Shown: positions 9,720 through 19,120 of the stretch, piece after piece
How positions within the stretch are numbered: the stretch's first letter is position 1
Layout of the letters: every line of letters begins with the position of its first letter
Origin: a virus
Direction: 5' to 3' (one strand)
DNA: 64,000 nt
Virus record (IMG/VR): IMGVR_UViG_3300028840_002623
Coordinates: 5,881-69,880 of that record
Translations under genes and position numbers: made by a program
The notes under the pieces: generated by a model
The model's input: only the letters and a program-made list of their open reading frames with translations
Databases searched by the model: none
Told to the model about the DNA's origin: nothing

Positions 9720-10229
9720 ATGAATGACTTTGAAAAAGATTTAGAGATTGATGTGATGAATTTAGATGTTGAGGCAATGCGTCAACCGGAATTGTATTTC
9801 AAATACAGTACACTTGCGAAAGAAGCCAGAGAAAAATTTGATATGATGAAAATGAAACTGAATGTTACGGAATCCGAATTGGCTCAAAAGGCACGACTGA
9901 AGCCCAGAGCGTTTGGGTTGACAAAGGTGACTGAAGGGGCTGTGAGTGAAGCGGTCAAACTTCACCCCCGGTATCAGTCCGTGTATAAGAAAATGATACA
10001 GGCTAAAAATGAAGCAGACCTAATGTACCACGCACAAGAAGCGTTGAACCAAAAAAAGCGGATGATTGAGTTGTTGGTGAAGTTGCATGGGAGTGAATAT
10101 TTTTCAGGACCAAGCGTGCCCCATACACCTCAAGAATTATGGAAAAAAGTTAAACAAAAAAGAGGAAGGAAGACACATGAGAAAATGGTAACAAAAACTC
10201 GCAAAAGGAAAAGCCGTGGAAAATCTTAA
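9720..10229 (+). CDS. uvsY: UvsY-like recombination mediator
   Basis: KDLEID..NLDVEA....LYFKY resembles the T4 UvsY N-terminus; upstream of SSB and RecA. Confidence 0.6.
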   Translation: MNDFEKDLEIDVMNLDVEAMRQPELYFKYSTLAKEAREKFDMMKMKLNVTESELAQKARLKPRAFGLTKVTEGAVSEAVKLHPRYQSVYKKMIQAKNEADLMYHAQEALNQKKRMIELLVKLHGSEYFSGPSVPHTPQELWKKVKQKRGRKTHEKMVTKTRKRKSRGKS

Positions 10230-10359
10230 AATCTTAATTGGTATTGTTGTAACAGGATTTATTGCCCTTGCATTCTTGTACATATCTGCGAGAGTGATTA
10301 CAAGAGGGGTGATGCGTTCAATTTCAGAATGGAAAGAGAGGAAGAAAAATGGCACGTAA
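10216..10359 (+). CDS. Small membrane protein (47 aa)
   Basis: GTG start after AGGA; hydrophobic ILIGIVVTGFIALAFLYI; fills the gap between genes. Confidence 0.5.
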   Translation: MENLKILIGIVVTGFIALAFLYISARVITRGVMRSISEWKERKKNGT

Positions 10360-11572
10360 AAAAGCAAAACGCAGAAGGGTGTCCCGTGAGGATGCAAAAA
10401 AGAGAATGGCGAGTGGTGGCAGTGGAGGTGATTGGTTTACACTGCCACAAGGAGTTGAGCGGTGGTTGCCAGATAAAAAAGGAACGTATATGCTTGACAT
10501 ACTTCCTTACGAAGTGTCAACGGACAACCACCCGGAAGATGGCATTGAAGCCGGGGTGCTCTGGTTCAGAACCAACTTCAGGGTTCACCACGCAATCGGA
10601 GTCAAAGAACAGTCAGTGGTTTGTCCCCGTTCAATCGGTAAAAAATGCGCCATCTGTGATGAAGTGGACAGGTTGAGGAAAGAAGACAGAGATGCTAATG
10701 AGGACTTAATAAACAGTCTCAAAGGTCAGGTGTTTTCGTTAATGAATATAAAACATCCTGATGATGAAGATGCTGTGGCTGTCTTTGCTCTTTCATACGG
10801 GAAGTTTGACCGGGTGCTGAAAGCGGAATTGCAAGAGGAAGAAAATGAAGAACACCTTGACTTTTATCAGTGTGATGAAGGTGGCAGAACTATTCGGGTG
10901 AGATTCAGTGAAGCAACTTTCGCTGGCAACAAATATCTTCAGGCAACGAAAATGGAATTCAAGGAACGTGATGAGATGGATGAAGATGAGATACTTGAAA
11001 AGGTTGTTGACCTTGATACAGTGCTCAATGTCCTTCCATCGGAGAAAATCAAAGCGATGTTCCTTGAAGGTGAAGAGCCAGAGGATGAAGGGGATGAGGA
11101 TGAAGAACCCAAACCCAAACCCCGGAAGAAAGGTGACAAGAAAAAACCAGCCAAGAAGAAAGCCGCAAAGAAAAAACCCAAAGCCGAACCTGAAGAGGAT
11201 GAGGATGATTGGGACGATGACGATGATGAGGATGAAATCCCGGAAGGAATGTTTGAATGTAAAGCCTGTTCTGGTTCCGGGAAATCTTCAAAAGGAAAGA
11301 AGTGTACACCTTGCAAAGGAACTGGATACCATCCTGAGCCTGAAGAGGAAGATGACAGCGATGAAGATGAAGATGACTGGTATGAGGATGGTGATGAAGA
11401 GGGTGACACTGATGACGATGATGACTGGGACGATGACGATGATGATGCAGACGATGCAGACGATGCAGACGATGCAGACGATGCAGAGGAAGAAACAGAC
11501 GATGCAGACGATGATGATGATTGGGACGATGATGACGATGACGATGATGACTGGGACGATGACGATGAATAA
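10349..11572 (+). CDS. ssb: Single-stranded DNA-binding protein (gp32-like) with very long acidic tail
   Basis: HH..C..C..C zinc motif in the core, Asp/Glu-rich tail with periodic Trp, position before recA. Confidence 0.7.
   Translation: MARKKAKRRRVSREDAKKRMASGGSGGDWFTLPQGVERWLPDKKGTYMLDILPYEVSTDNHPEDGIEAGVLWFRTNFRVHHAIGVKEQSVVCPRSIGKKCAICDEVDRLRKEDRDANEDLINSLKGQVFSLMNIKHPDDEDAVAVFALSYGKFDRVLKAELQEEENEEHLDFYQCDEGGRTIRVRFSEATFAGNKYLQATKMEFKERDEMDEDEILEKVVDLDTVLNVLPSEKIKAMFLEGEEPEDEGDEDEEPKPKPRKKGDKKKPAKKKAAKKKPKAEPEEDEDDWDDDDDEDEIPEGMFECKACSGSGKSSKGKKCTPCKGTGYHPEPEEEDDSDEDEDDWYEDGDEEGDTDDDDDWDDDDDDADDADDADDADDAEEETDDADDDDDWDDDDDDDDDWDDDDE
11444..11487 (+). repeat. 9-bp tandem repeat GATGCAGAC (about 5 copies) in the SSB tail
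   Basis: Read directly; encodes DAD repeats. Confidence 0.85.
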
Positions 11573-11582
11573 TTGACCCCAC

Positions 11583-11612
11583 GGGGGTGGGGCAACCCAC
11601 CCCCATTTTTTT
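11583..11612 (+). terminator. Intrinsic terminator after ssb
   Basis: GGGGGTGGG-GCAA-CCCACCCCC hairpin followed by T7. Confidence 0.8.
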
Positions 11613-11623
11613 AAGGAATCAAA

Positions 11624-12706
11624 ATGAGCAAGTTGAAAAAAATCGCTGGACAAGTAAAGAAGAAAGCGAACAAAGAGCCGAAAAAGAAAAAGGAAAAAGT
11701 CAAAACAGAAAACATACTCTCATCAGGTTCAACGCTCTTGAATCTGGCGTGTACCAATAACCCATTCGGAGCATTTACAAAAGGGAAGTATTATTATTTG
11801 GTTGGGGATTCAGCGAGTGGCAAAACCTTTCTGTCCATGACCTGCTTTGCTGAAGCCTTGCGCCATCCTGAATTCCGGGATTACAGGCTCATATACGACA
11901 ACGTGGAAGATGGTATGAATATTGATTTGGAAGGGTTGTTCAATAAGGAAGTTGCCGACAAGGTTGAACTACCGGGAGATGAGCCTTCATTCTCCATTGA
12001 GGAATTTTATTACCACTTGGACGATGCTGTCAAAAACGGAAAGCCGTTCATATACGTTTTGGACAGTATGGACAGTCTGTCAAGCGTTGCTGAAGTTGAG
12101 AAGTTTGAAGAGCATAAAGATGCCCACCGCAAAGGAACCAAAGCACCCGGAAGTTATGGTGACGGGAAAGCGAAAAAGAATTCAGAGGGAATCAGAAAGG
12201 TTTTGAAGGGGCTGAGGGACACCGGGTCAATCCTCATTATTATTTCCCAAACCAGAGACAACCTTGGTTTCGGGTTTGAAAAGAAATCAAGAGCCGGGGG
12301 ACACTCACTCCGATTTTACGCCACCATTGAAATCTGGTCAAGTGTAGCCGGGGGAATCAAAAAGAACATCAAGGGGAAAAAGCGACAGATTGGTATTCAC
12401 GCCATGCTGAAGGTAAAAAAGAACCGGACAACCGGAGAATTACATCAAGCCAATATGGACATCTATCCAACCTATGGTATTGATGACATCGGCTCCATTG
12501 TTGATTACCTTGTTGATGAAAAGTATTGGTCAAAAACCGGGCAAAAAATAGATGCCGATGACTTTGAAATTGTATGTACCAGAGACAAACTCATTAAACA
12601 TATTGAGGAAAAAAGATTGTATAAAAAACTTCAGGTCATAGCCGGGAGATGTTGGAAAGAAATCAGACAAGCGTATGACCTTGGACGCAAAGGAAGATAC
12701 CAATGA
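11624..12706 (+). CDS. recA: RecA/UvsX-like recombinase
   Basis: SSGSTLLN, Walker A GDSASGKT, VLDS, ISQTR, GGHSLRFYA, KNR. Confidence 0.9.
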   Translation: MSKLKKIAGQVKKKANKEPKKKKEKVKTENILSSGSTLLNLACTNNPFGAFTKGKYYYLVGDSASGKTFLSMTCFAEALRHPEFRDYRLIYDNVEDGMNIDLEGLFNKEVADKVELPGDEPSFSIEEFYYHLDDAVKNGKPFIYVLDSMDSLSSVAEVEKFEEHKDAHRKGTKAPGSYGDGKAKKNSEGIRKVLKGLRDTGSILIIISQTRDNLGFGFEKKSRAGGHSLRFYATIEIWSSVAGGIKKNIKGKKRQIGIHAMLKVKKNRTTGELHQANMDIYPTYGIDDIGSIVDYLVDEKYWSKTGQKIDADDFEIVCTRDKLIKHIEEKRLYKKLQVIAGRCWKEIRQAYDLGRKGRYQ

Positions 12707-13161
12707 TACATATGGACAAATTACCTGTGTCATATGACGGCACTTGTTATGGTTGGACAAGAGTATCATATGAAGATGCAAAACAAATACTTGCTTATTA
12801 TAAAACGGAAGCAAAAAAACAAGGAAAAACAAAAGATGGAAAAATAAGAAAAACCCCCGAATTGTATTCATATAGAAAATGGAAAAAAAGATTGAAGTGG
12901 ATAAAAGAAAAAGGAATACAAACATATAACATCCCTCCAAAAATTTATCCAATAAAAACTCTGTGCCATTTTCATAAACCTGACTTTCAACATCCACCTT
13001 ATTTTATTGACCCAATATTTTGGGTGAACAAAGGTGGGTCAGGAATTGATTCAAAAATAAGAAATAAAGAATTGCGCAAGGTGGTAAACACTTGCATGTT
13101 CTGTATGCACCAATATTTAATTTACATTTTGGAACATAAAGAATATAAGGAAAAATTTTAA
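12703..13161 (+). CDS. Hypothetical protein, AT-rich, probably a recent insertion
   Basis: ATGA overlap with recA; A-rich; no CCGG. Confidence 0.65.
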   Translation: MIHMDKLPVSYDGTCYGWTRVSYEDAKQILAYYKTEAKKQGKTKDGKIRKTPELYSYRKWKKRLKWIKEKGIQTYNIPPKIYPIKTLCHFHKPDFQHPPYFIDPIFWVNKGGSGIDSKIRNKELRKVVNTCMFCMHQYLIYILEHKEYKEKF

Positions 13162-14051
13162 TGAAATGGGTTTTGATTGACCTCAGTTATTTGGCTCACC
13201 GGGCAAGATACGCAATGTCAGATTTGGAGTATGAAGACATTCCAACCGGAGTTATGTACGGCTTTTTTGAACAACTCCTTGCCACATGTAAGAACCCCCC
13301 TGTGTGTAGCAATAAAATCCTCATCTTCACTGACTCCAAAAAGAGTTACAGACAACGGGCTTTCCCGGATTACAAAAAGAAGCGGAAAGAAAACCGCACC
13401 CCGGAAGAACAAGAACAAATCAGGATAATGTATCAGCAGGTGAACAAACTCCGTGACAAGATACTTCCCAAGTTGGGCATCCCGGTTTACAAACAAGTTG
13501 GTTTGGAATCCGATGACCTGATTGCCGATGCTGCAAATATACTTACAGAGAGAAAAGAGGAAGCAGTCATCATTACCGCTGATGGAGATTTGTACCAATG
13601 TATCAGCCCCTATGTCAAATGGTATGACCCAGGCAGGGAACTGCTAATGGATGAGAATGCCTTTCAAGAGAAATATGGCATTCACCCGGACCAATGGGGG
13701 CAGGTAAAATCTCTTGCTGGTTGTTCCTCTGACGGTGTTCCCGGCTTGCCGGGTATTGGAGAGAAAACCGCACTGAAGTATATCACCGGGGAAACAGTTA
13801 CACCCAAGAGGAAAGAAACAATTGACAACAGTCAAGAGGAAATAAAGAAATGGGAAAAATTAGTCATACTGCCTCACCATAAGACAAAGTCAGTAGAAAT
13901 AAAAGAACCCGAATACAAGAGCAAACTGTTCTTCAAATTTGCGGAACACTATAACATCCTTACATATCTGAAGCCAGCCAAACGGGAACAATGGATAAAA
14001 TTCTTCAGAGGAAATTTCAAAGGCAAAATCAAATTGAGGAAAAAGAAATGA
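13161..14051 (+). CDS. 5'-3' exonuclease / flap endonuclease (RNase H-like)
   Basis: LID, YKKKR, ESDDLI, TADGDLYQ, SDGVPGLPGIGEKTA (H3TH). Confidence 0.93.
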   Translation: MKWVLIDLSYLAHRARYAMSDLEYEDIPTGVMYGFFEQLLATCKNPPVCSNKILIFTDSKKSYRQRAFPDYKKKRKENRTPEEQEQIRIMYQQVNKLRDKILPKLGIPVYKQVGLESDDLIADAANILTERKEEAVIITADGDLYQCISPYVKWYDPGRELLMDENAFQEKYGIHPDQWGQVKSLAGCSSDGVPGLPGIGEKTALKYITGETVTPKRKETIDNSQEEIKKWEKLVILPHHKTKSVEIKEPEYKSKLFFKFAEHYNILTYLKPAKREQWIKFFRGNFKGKIKLRKKK

Positions 14052-14521
14052 TTGTAGCAGGAATAGATGTTGGCTTAAAAGGAGCAGTTGCCTTTGTTAA
14101 CGGGAAGAAAGCGAAAGTGTATCCAATGCCCACTCTCAAACTCACCAAGTCCAAAAAAGGATATGATGACCGGGAAGTTTGCGAACTGTTAAAGAAATGG
14201 AAGGTTGGACACGTGTTCATTGAGAAGGTATCAGCAATGCCCGGTCAGGGAGTAACAAGCACATTTAATTTCGGAATGGGCTTTGGAATCCTGATTGGGA
14301 TTTGTTCGGCTCTTGGTTTGCCTTATACATTGGTCAGACCTCAGACGTGGAAAAAGGTAATGTGTAAGGATATGCCCAAGTCAAAAGAAGCGAGTATTAT
14401 TGCCGCCAAAAGGATTTGGCCAAAAATCAATTTACTTCCTACCATTCGGAGCAGGAAGGAATCCGATGGAATGGCTGACGCTCTTTGTATAGCGGAATAT
14501 GGCAGAAGGGAATTGGGTTGA
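14048..14521 (+). CDS. ruvC: RuvC-like Holliday junction resolvase
   Basis: AGIDVG, FIEKV, QGVTSTFNFG, PQTWKK, DGMADAL. Confidence 0.88.
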   Translation: MIVAGIDVGLKGAVAFVNGKKAKVYPMPTLKLTKSKKGYDDREVCELLKKWKVGHVFIEKVSAMPGQGVTSTFNFGMGFGILIGICSALGLPYTLVRPQTWKKVMCKDMPKSKEASIIAAKRIWPKINLLPTIRSRKESDGMADALCIAEYGRRELG

Positions 14522-15540
14522 TTAAAGAATTGATAATCAAAAACTTTGAAGCCCACGAAAGGTTCAGAACAAAACTTGACAAGCATATCACGACATTTAC
14601 CGGGGCAACAGACGCAGGAAAGAGTTCAATCATCCGGGCTATCAAATGGCTGGTGATGAACAGACCTCTGGGTGACTCTTACATTCGGAATCCGGACAAG
14701 GTTGCGATGGTAGGAATCAGAACCGAAAAAGGAACTGTGACCCGGAAAAAAGGAAAGGGAATAAACCAATACAAAATCAACGGGCAGACCTTTGAAGCCT
14801 TTGGAACAAACGTGCCAGAGGAAGTACAACAATTTCTTAATATGCAGGAGTTGAACTTCCAATTTCAGTTTGATGCCCCGTATTGGTTTATGATTTCCCC
14901 GGCTGAGGTGAGTAAGCAATTGAACCAAGTTGTTGACTTGGAAATAATAGACACCACCCTGTCCCGGCTTTCCGGGAAAGTGCGTAATGGGAAAGCGGAA
15001 GTCAAGGTGTCTGAAGAGCGGTTGGAAGGAATAGAAGCGGAATTGGGTCACCTGTCCTTTGCCAAACCGATGTTCGGTGAATACGATGAAGTTGAAAGGG
15101 TTGAATCGGAGTTGATTGAGGCTCAGGAGTATTACACCGCTCTCAAAGCAGACATATCGGATGTAGAAAGGTATACAGCGAGATATAAAAGCCTGAGAGG
15201 GGCTCATTCTGATGGCGAGAAAGTTGCGGAAATAGCCGATGAATACTTAAAACTGAGCCGTGAGGTGGATACGTTTGTCCGGCTTTTATCTAACCTGGAA
15301 AAGAGCACCGCAATAGCCGATGCCGAAATGCCCAATTTGGAACCGCTGTTAACACTGAACCGAAAGCGAGATGAGAACCACCGGGAGTGTAACGAATTAT
15401 TACCAATCATAAAACAATTGGAGATTGAGAAGGAAGAAAAATGCCCAAGGGAAGAAAAAATCAAAAGCCTAAAAAGAGAATTAAAAAGGCTAATGGGGAA
15501 AGCGTGCCCCCTTTGCGGGAGTGCACTGACAAAGTCATAG
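14518..15540 (+). CDS. sbcC: SbcC/Rad50 N-terminal half (Walker A, coiled coil, zinc hook)
   Basis: IKELIIKNF, GATDAGKSS, Q-loop QFQFD, coiled coil, terminal CPLCG; no Walker B. Confidence 0.85.
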   Translation: MIKELIIKNFEAHERFRTKLDKHITTFTGATDAGKSSIIRAIKWLVMNRPLGDSYIRNPDKVAMVGIRTEKGTVTRKKGKGINQYKINGQTFEAFGTNVPEEVQQFLNMQELNFQFQFDAPYWFMISPAEVSKQLNQVVDLEIIDTTLSRLSGKVRNGKAEVKVSEERLEGIEAELGHLSFAKPMFGEYDEVERVESELIEAQEYYTALKADISDVERYTARYKSLRGAHSDGEKVAEIADEYLKLSREVDTFVRLLSNLEKSTAIADAEMPNLEPLLTLNRKRDENHRECNELLPIIKQLEIEKEEKCPREEKIKSLKRELKRLMGKACPLCGSALTKS

Positions 15541-16454
15541 CAATACTTTGCGCAGACATACACCTCAGTCCTCACCCACCCAGAGCAAGAAGGGATGAGG
15601 ACAAATACAAGGGTTGGTATTGGGCTATGAAAAAGCCGTTGAATGATTTAGCCAAGTTGTCTAACCATTATGATGCTCCCATCCTCTGTGCTGGTGATAT
15701 ATTTGACCATTGGAAGGCTGAGCCTGTGCTGGTTAATTTCGCTCTTCAATACCTCCCGGAAATGTACGCTGTTCCCGGACAACATGATTTGCCGCTACAC
15801 AATATTGAACTGATTGAGAAATCGGCTTTTTGGACGATGTGTCTTGCTGACCGTATTATTCCGGTCATTACGGATGAGCCTGTAATGGTAAAAAACGACA
15901 TTGTGCTTCACGGCTTTCCGTGGGGCAAGAAATTAAGCCCGGTTGAAAAACCAATCAAAGGAAAGCATCACGTGGCCATTGTCCACGATTATTTCTGGCG
16001 CAAAGGACACACCCATCCCAAAGCCCCCAAGAGCCACCATATGAATCAATACAAGGAGTTGGCTGAAGGATATCACGCAGTTGTATTTGGGGACAACCAC
16101 AAGGGCTTTAAAACAAACCTCAACGGAGTGCCAACGTGGAACTGCGGAACACTGATGAGAAGAAAACAAGATGAGAAAGAGTATATGCCCCGGATTGGTC
16201 TGTTGTGCGAATCCGGGCAAATCCTAACACACAATGTCAGTACCAAAAACGAAAGGTTCACTTCAACCAACGATGACTTCAACGTTGGCGTGTTGAGAAA
16301 GAGTACTGAGGATTTGGCTGACCTTATGCACGGCTTAAAAGAAGCGCAAGCCCGTGAATTTGATTACGCTGAAGCCGTTGAATTCTTGATGACCCGGTAT
16401 TCAGTAAAGAACCCGGTGAGGAAACATTTAATGGAGGCACTTGACCGTGGCTGA
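15441..16454 (+). CDS. sbcD: SbcD/Mre11 metallophosphoesterase nuclease
   Basis: ADIH, AGDIFD, PGQHD, VH, GDNH, NCG motifs. Confidence 0.9.
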   Translation: MPKGRKNQKPKKRIKKANGESVPPLRECTDKVIAILCADIHLSPHPPRARRDEDKYKGWYWAMKKPLNDLAKLSNHYDAPILCAGDIFDHWKAEPVLVNFALQYLPEMYAVPGQHDLPLHNIELIEKSAFWTMCLADRIIPVITDEPVMVKNDIVLHGFPWGKKLSPVEKPIKGKHHVAIVHDYFWRKGHTHPKAPKSHHMNQYKELAEGYHAVVFGDNHKGFKTNLNGVPTWNCGTLMRRKQDEKEYMPRIGLLCESGQILTHNVSTKNERFTSTNDDFNVGVLRKSTEDLADLMHGLKEAQAREFDYAEAVEFLMTRYSVKNPVRKHLMEALDRG

Positions 16455-16692
16455 TTTAAAAACCATTGCTGAATTACAAGAGCAAGTCAAACAATTGGAG
16501 ATGAAAAAGGAACAAGCCAAAGGAAGGGTTGCCCAATTGTTAACAACGCTCAAGGAACAATACAGTTGTACCACTCTCAAGCAAGCCAAGAGTGTACTCA
16601 AGCGAAAGAAAACTGAATTGAAAACTCTTGAAAAAGAGTACAGCGAGTTGCTTGAAAACTTCCTTGAAAAATGGGAAGAAAAATTGCTGTAA
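16441..16692 (+). CDS. Coiled-coil protein, probable middle piece of split SbcC
   Basis: Heptad-rich 83 aa directly after sbcD. Confidence 0.6.
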   Translation: MTVADLKTIAELQEQVKQLEMKKEQAKGRVAQLLTTLKEQYSCTTLKQAKSVLKRKKTELKTLEKEYSELLENFLEKWEEKLL

Positions 16693-16990
16693 TCTGTGTG
16701 TAAAAAACACACTTTTTTAGACTGCAGGAAAGTTGCAATTCTTTGTTAACTTTTTAAAAATTACATGTCACGATTGCAAAAACTTGCAAAGTTTTTTTGC
16801 AATGCGAAAACACAGATTCCATATTGATATCAAAACACTCAGGGGGGCATACTTGCATTTACACATGTAAATTTTTTTGCAAGTTTTTGAAATTTTTTTG
16901 ATTTTGATTTTGACTTCTTAATTATTGCTGTTATGATACTAATAGTTTATTAAGTTTCTTATTTTCTATTTTCTATTTCCTTTTATGCGG
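16691..16990 (+). promoter_or_regulatory. 300-bp regulatory element, copy 1, with sigma70-type promoter
   Basis: TTGACT 16910-16915, TG-n-TATGAT (-10 at 16932-16937); inverted repeat AAAAACTTGCAA 16778-16789 / TTGCAAGTTTTT 16877-16888; colinear with 61011-61310. Confidence 0.8.
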
Positions 16991-16999
16991 GAGCAAACG

Positions 17000-17278
17000 A
17001 TGAATGAATTTGAATTGAAAGCCGGAATCAAAGTTATGTACACGCCCACTGGCAAGATATTTGAGCTGGCCAAAGTGACTGACAAACGGGTCAGTTGGTA
17101 TACCGGGAATGTTTCAAAAGGTGGAAGCGGAAAAAACAATCTCAGAATGACTTGTACCAGCGTCAGAATTTTTAAGCGTGGGATTGAAAATGGAACCTAC
17201 AAAATTATTTACCATCCGGACAGGATGACTGAAACTGAAATCGCTTTTGTTAAAAAATTTATTGTGAAAGGAAATTAA
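17000..17278 (+). CDS. Hypothetical early protein
   Basis: ATG after GGGAG; first gene after the promoter. Confidence 0.7.
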   Translation: MNEFELKAGIKVMYTPTGKIFELAKVTDKRVSWYTGNVSKGGSGKNNLRMTCTSVRIFKRGIENGTYKIIYHPDRMTETEIAFVKKFIVKGN

Positions 17279-17752
17279 ATGGAACCATGTATGTTGAATT
17301 GGGAAGAATATGAACACCTCAAACCCCGGTTTTTAAAAGATGCAAGTGAGATTGCTCAGATGCGTTGCTGGAATGTAAAGGGTTGTTCCAAGACTGACAT
17401 GGCCAAGGAACTGAGGGCACGGGGCTGGAAGGGAATGCGTGCGCATGAAGTGGCTTCCTTCTTGGAAGATGAAGAAGGCTTTTCAGTCAAACACCACGGG
17501 GCAACCGGGGGTGGTTGGTTTGAGACCATCCACTATGATGGACCGGAGATTGTAGTGGAAGGCTATGAATCTAAAAAGCCGGAAGAAAAACTCAGTATCA
17601 TCCCCGGACCAGGTCACCCGGATTATGGCGTCAGGACCAAAGCAAAAATCCCGGCAACCCGGATTGAATGTTCTAATGATTCGGTTATACCAAGACCAAA
17701 ATTGAAACTTGCCGCAATCTGTACGAAAAAAGAAAAAAAAGAAAACAAATAA
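17279..17752 (+). CDS. Hypothetical protein
   Basis: AAGGA RBS; abuts previous stop. Confidence 0.7.
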   Translation: MEPCMLNWEEYEHLKPRFLKDASEIAQMRCWNVKGCSKTDMAKELRARGWKGMRAHEVASFLEDEEGFSVKHHGATGGGWFETIHYDGPEIVVEGYESKKPEEKLSIIPGPGHPDYGVRTKAKIPATRIECSNDSVIPRPKLKLAAICTKKEKKENK

Positions 17753-17778
17753 TTCATTTTTAAAAAAAGGAGAATGCA

Positions 17779-18093
17779 ATGAGTGTAGCGAAAGAAATTA
17801 TTGCCGTGTGTGAAGAGATTAGACTTGAGAAAAGAAAGACAGCCGCAGAAGTGCTGACCGAAATTGTGAACGCATATCCGGGTTGTTTTTACCGGATTGT
17901 GCAAGTGAACAAGAATGGTCACTGGAATACTCTTGAAGACAATTTCGGGGGAATCCTTCTTGGCTGGGAAAAAGAATTGGGAAGTATCAACTGTTATGTG
18001 GATGGTGACTACCGGGGAATCAGTATTGAAGTGCTTGATGCTGAAGGCTTTGTTAAAGCCCGGTGTGCCGATTTTTACCTGAACAAAAATTAA
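17779..18093 (+). CDS. Hypothetical protein
   Basis: AAGGAGAATGCAATG start signal. Confidence 0.75.
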   Translation: MSVAKEIIAVCEEIRLEKRKTAAEVLTEIVNAYPGCFYRIVQVNKNGHWNTLEDNFGGILLGWEKELGSINCYVDGDYRGISIEVLDAEGFVKARCADFYLNKN

Positions 18094-18106
18094 AGGAGAT
18101 TTGAAA

Positions 18107-19096
18107 ATGAGTAACACGAACACAAACAATGTAACTGAAACCACTACTGTAAACAAAAAGGAGAATGCAATGGAAACTATCAAAGCCGAAAGAGTAAATG
18201 ATTTTGTAAAAGGTTCTACCAGTTATTGGACTATGAATGTCTCAGTGAAGGTTAAAAACAAAGTGTACGAAATTGAAATTGATTACAAAAAAGATTACAG
18301 CAGGGATAGTGACAATGATTACAAAACAGATATAATGCCAATAACACGGGGAATTGCTGAAACTTTCGCTGAGCTGGATATTGAAGTGGACTATTCGGAT
18401 ATCATCGCTGAGTATCATACGCTCAGAACTGAATGGAAGGCAGAAGTGGAAGCGGAAAGAATAGCCGAAAAGAAAAAAGAATGGAAGGAAAGTTGGGTTC
18501 ACGGTTTCAAGAAAGAACTGAAGGATGACTATGACCTGGAAGTGACTTTTGTAACCGAAAAAGAATATGTGGAAAAAAATATTTGGAGTGTGCTTGCAAT
18601 AGTACACTACAACGGCTATGAAGTATCTGTATCCTATGGGAACGTTTCTGGTACAAGGTATGGTTGCAAAGATATGCGCTACACGATGGACAATAGTATA
18701 ACCAATTACAAAAGACGCAATTACAAAAAGATAAAAAGCCTTGTCAAGAAACTTAAAGAATTGGTTGATGAGGATATTGATTCCAAAAAGCGTCAGAAGG
18801 AATATGAAGAGGAAAAGAAACAGAAGAAAGAAGAAAGAGACAACCTGATTGAAAGGCTGAAAACGGATATGAAGGTGGATGGTGTTGAGATTGAAGTTGG
18901 GGTAAATGAAACCCGGAGTTCATATTCATACCATTCCCATGAAGATGGAATCAAGGTTGTTTATAAATGGGAAGGTGGATTGGTAAAGGCTGTCACCAGA
19001 GACAAAGCCGAAACATTCAAGGCAACTGTACTGACTGAGAATGTGGACGCTGATACGCTGAAACGTTTTGTCGCTCACGTAAAATCTTTTTCATAA
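18107..19096 (+). CDS. Hypothetical protein; second in-frame start at 18170
   Basis: Long ORF with two AAGGAG-preceded ATGs. Confidence 0.75.
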   Translation: MSNTNTNNVTETTTVNKKENAMETIKAERVNDFVKGSTSYWTMNVSVKVKNKVYEIEIDYKKDYSRDSDNDYKTDIMPITRGIAETFAELDIEVDYSDIIAEYHTLRTEWKAEVEAERIAEKKKEWKESWVHGFKKELKDDYDLEVTFVTEKEYVEKNIWSVLAIVHYNGYEVSVSYGNVSGTRYGCKDMRYTMDNSITNYKRRNYKKIKSLVKKLKELVDEDIDSKKRQKEYEEEKKQKKEERDNLIERLKTDMKVDGVEIEVGVNETRSSYSYHSHEDGIKVVYKWEGGLVKAVTRDKAETFKATVLTENVDADTLKRFVAHVKSFS

Positions 19097-19120
19097 ACAA
19101 TAATCAAAAAGGAGAATGCA

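Noticed and set aside
10908-11653. Long alternative-frame ORFs (poly-Ser, His/Arg-rich, Met/Thr-rich, Ile/Val-rich)
   Set aside because: Shadows of the GAT/GAC low-complexity SSB tail
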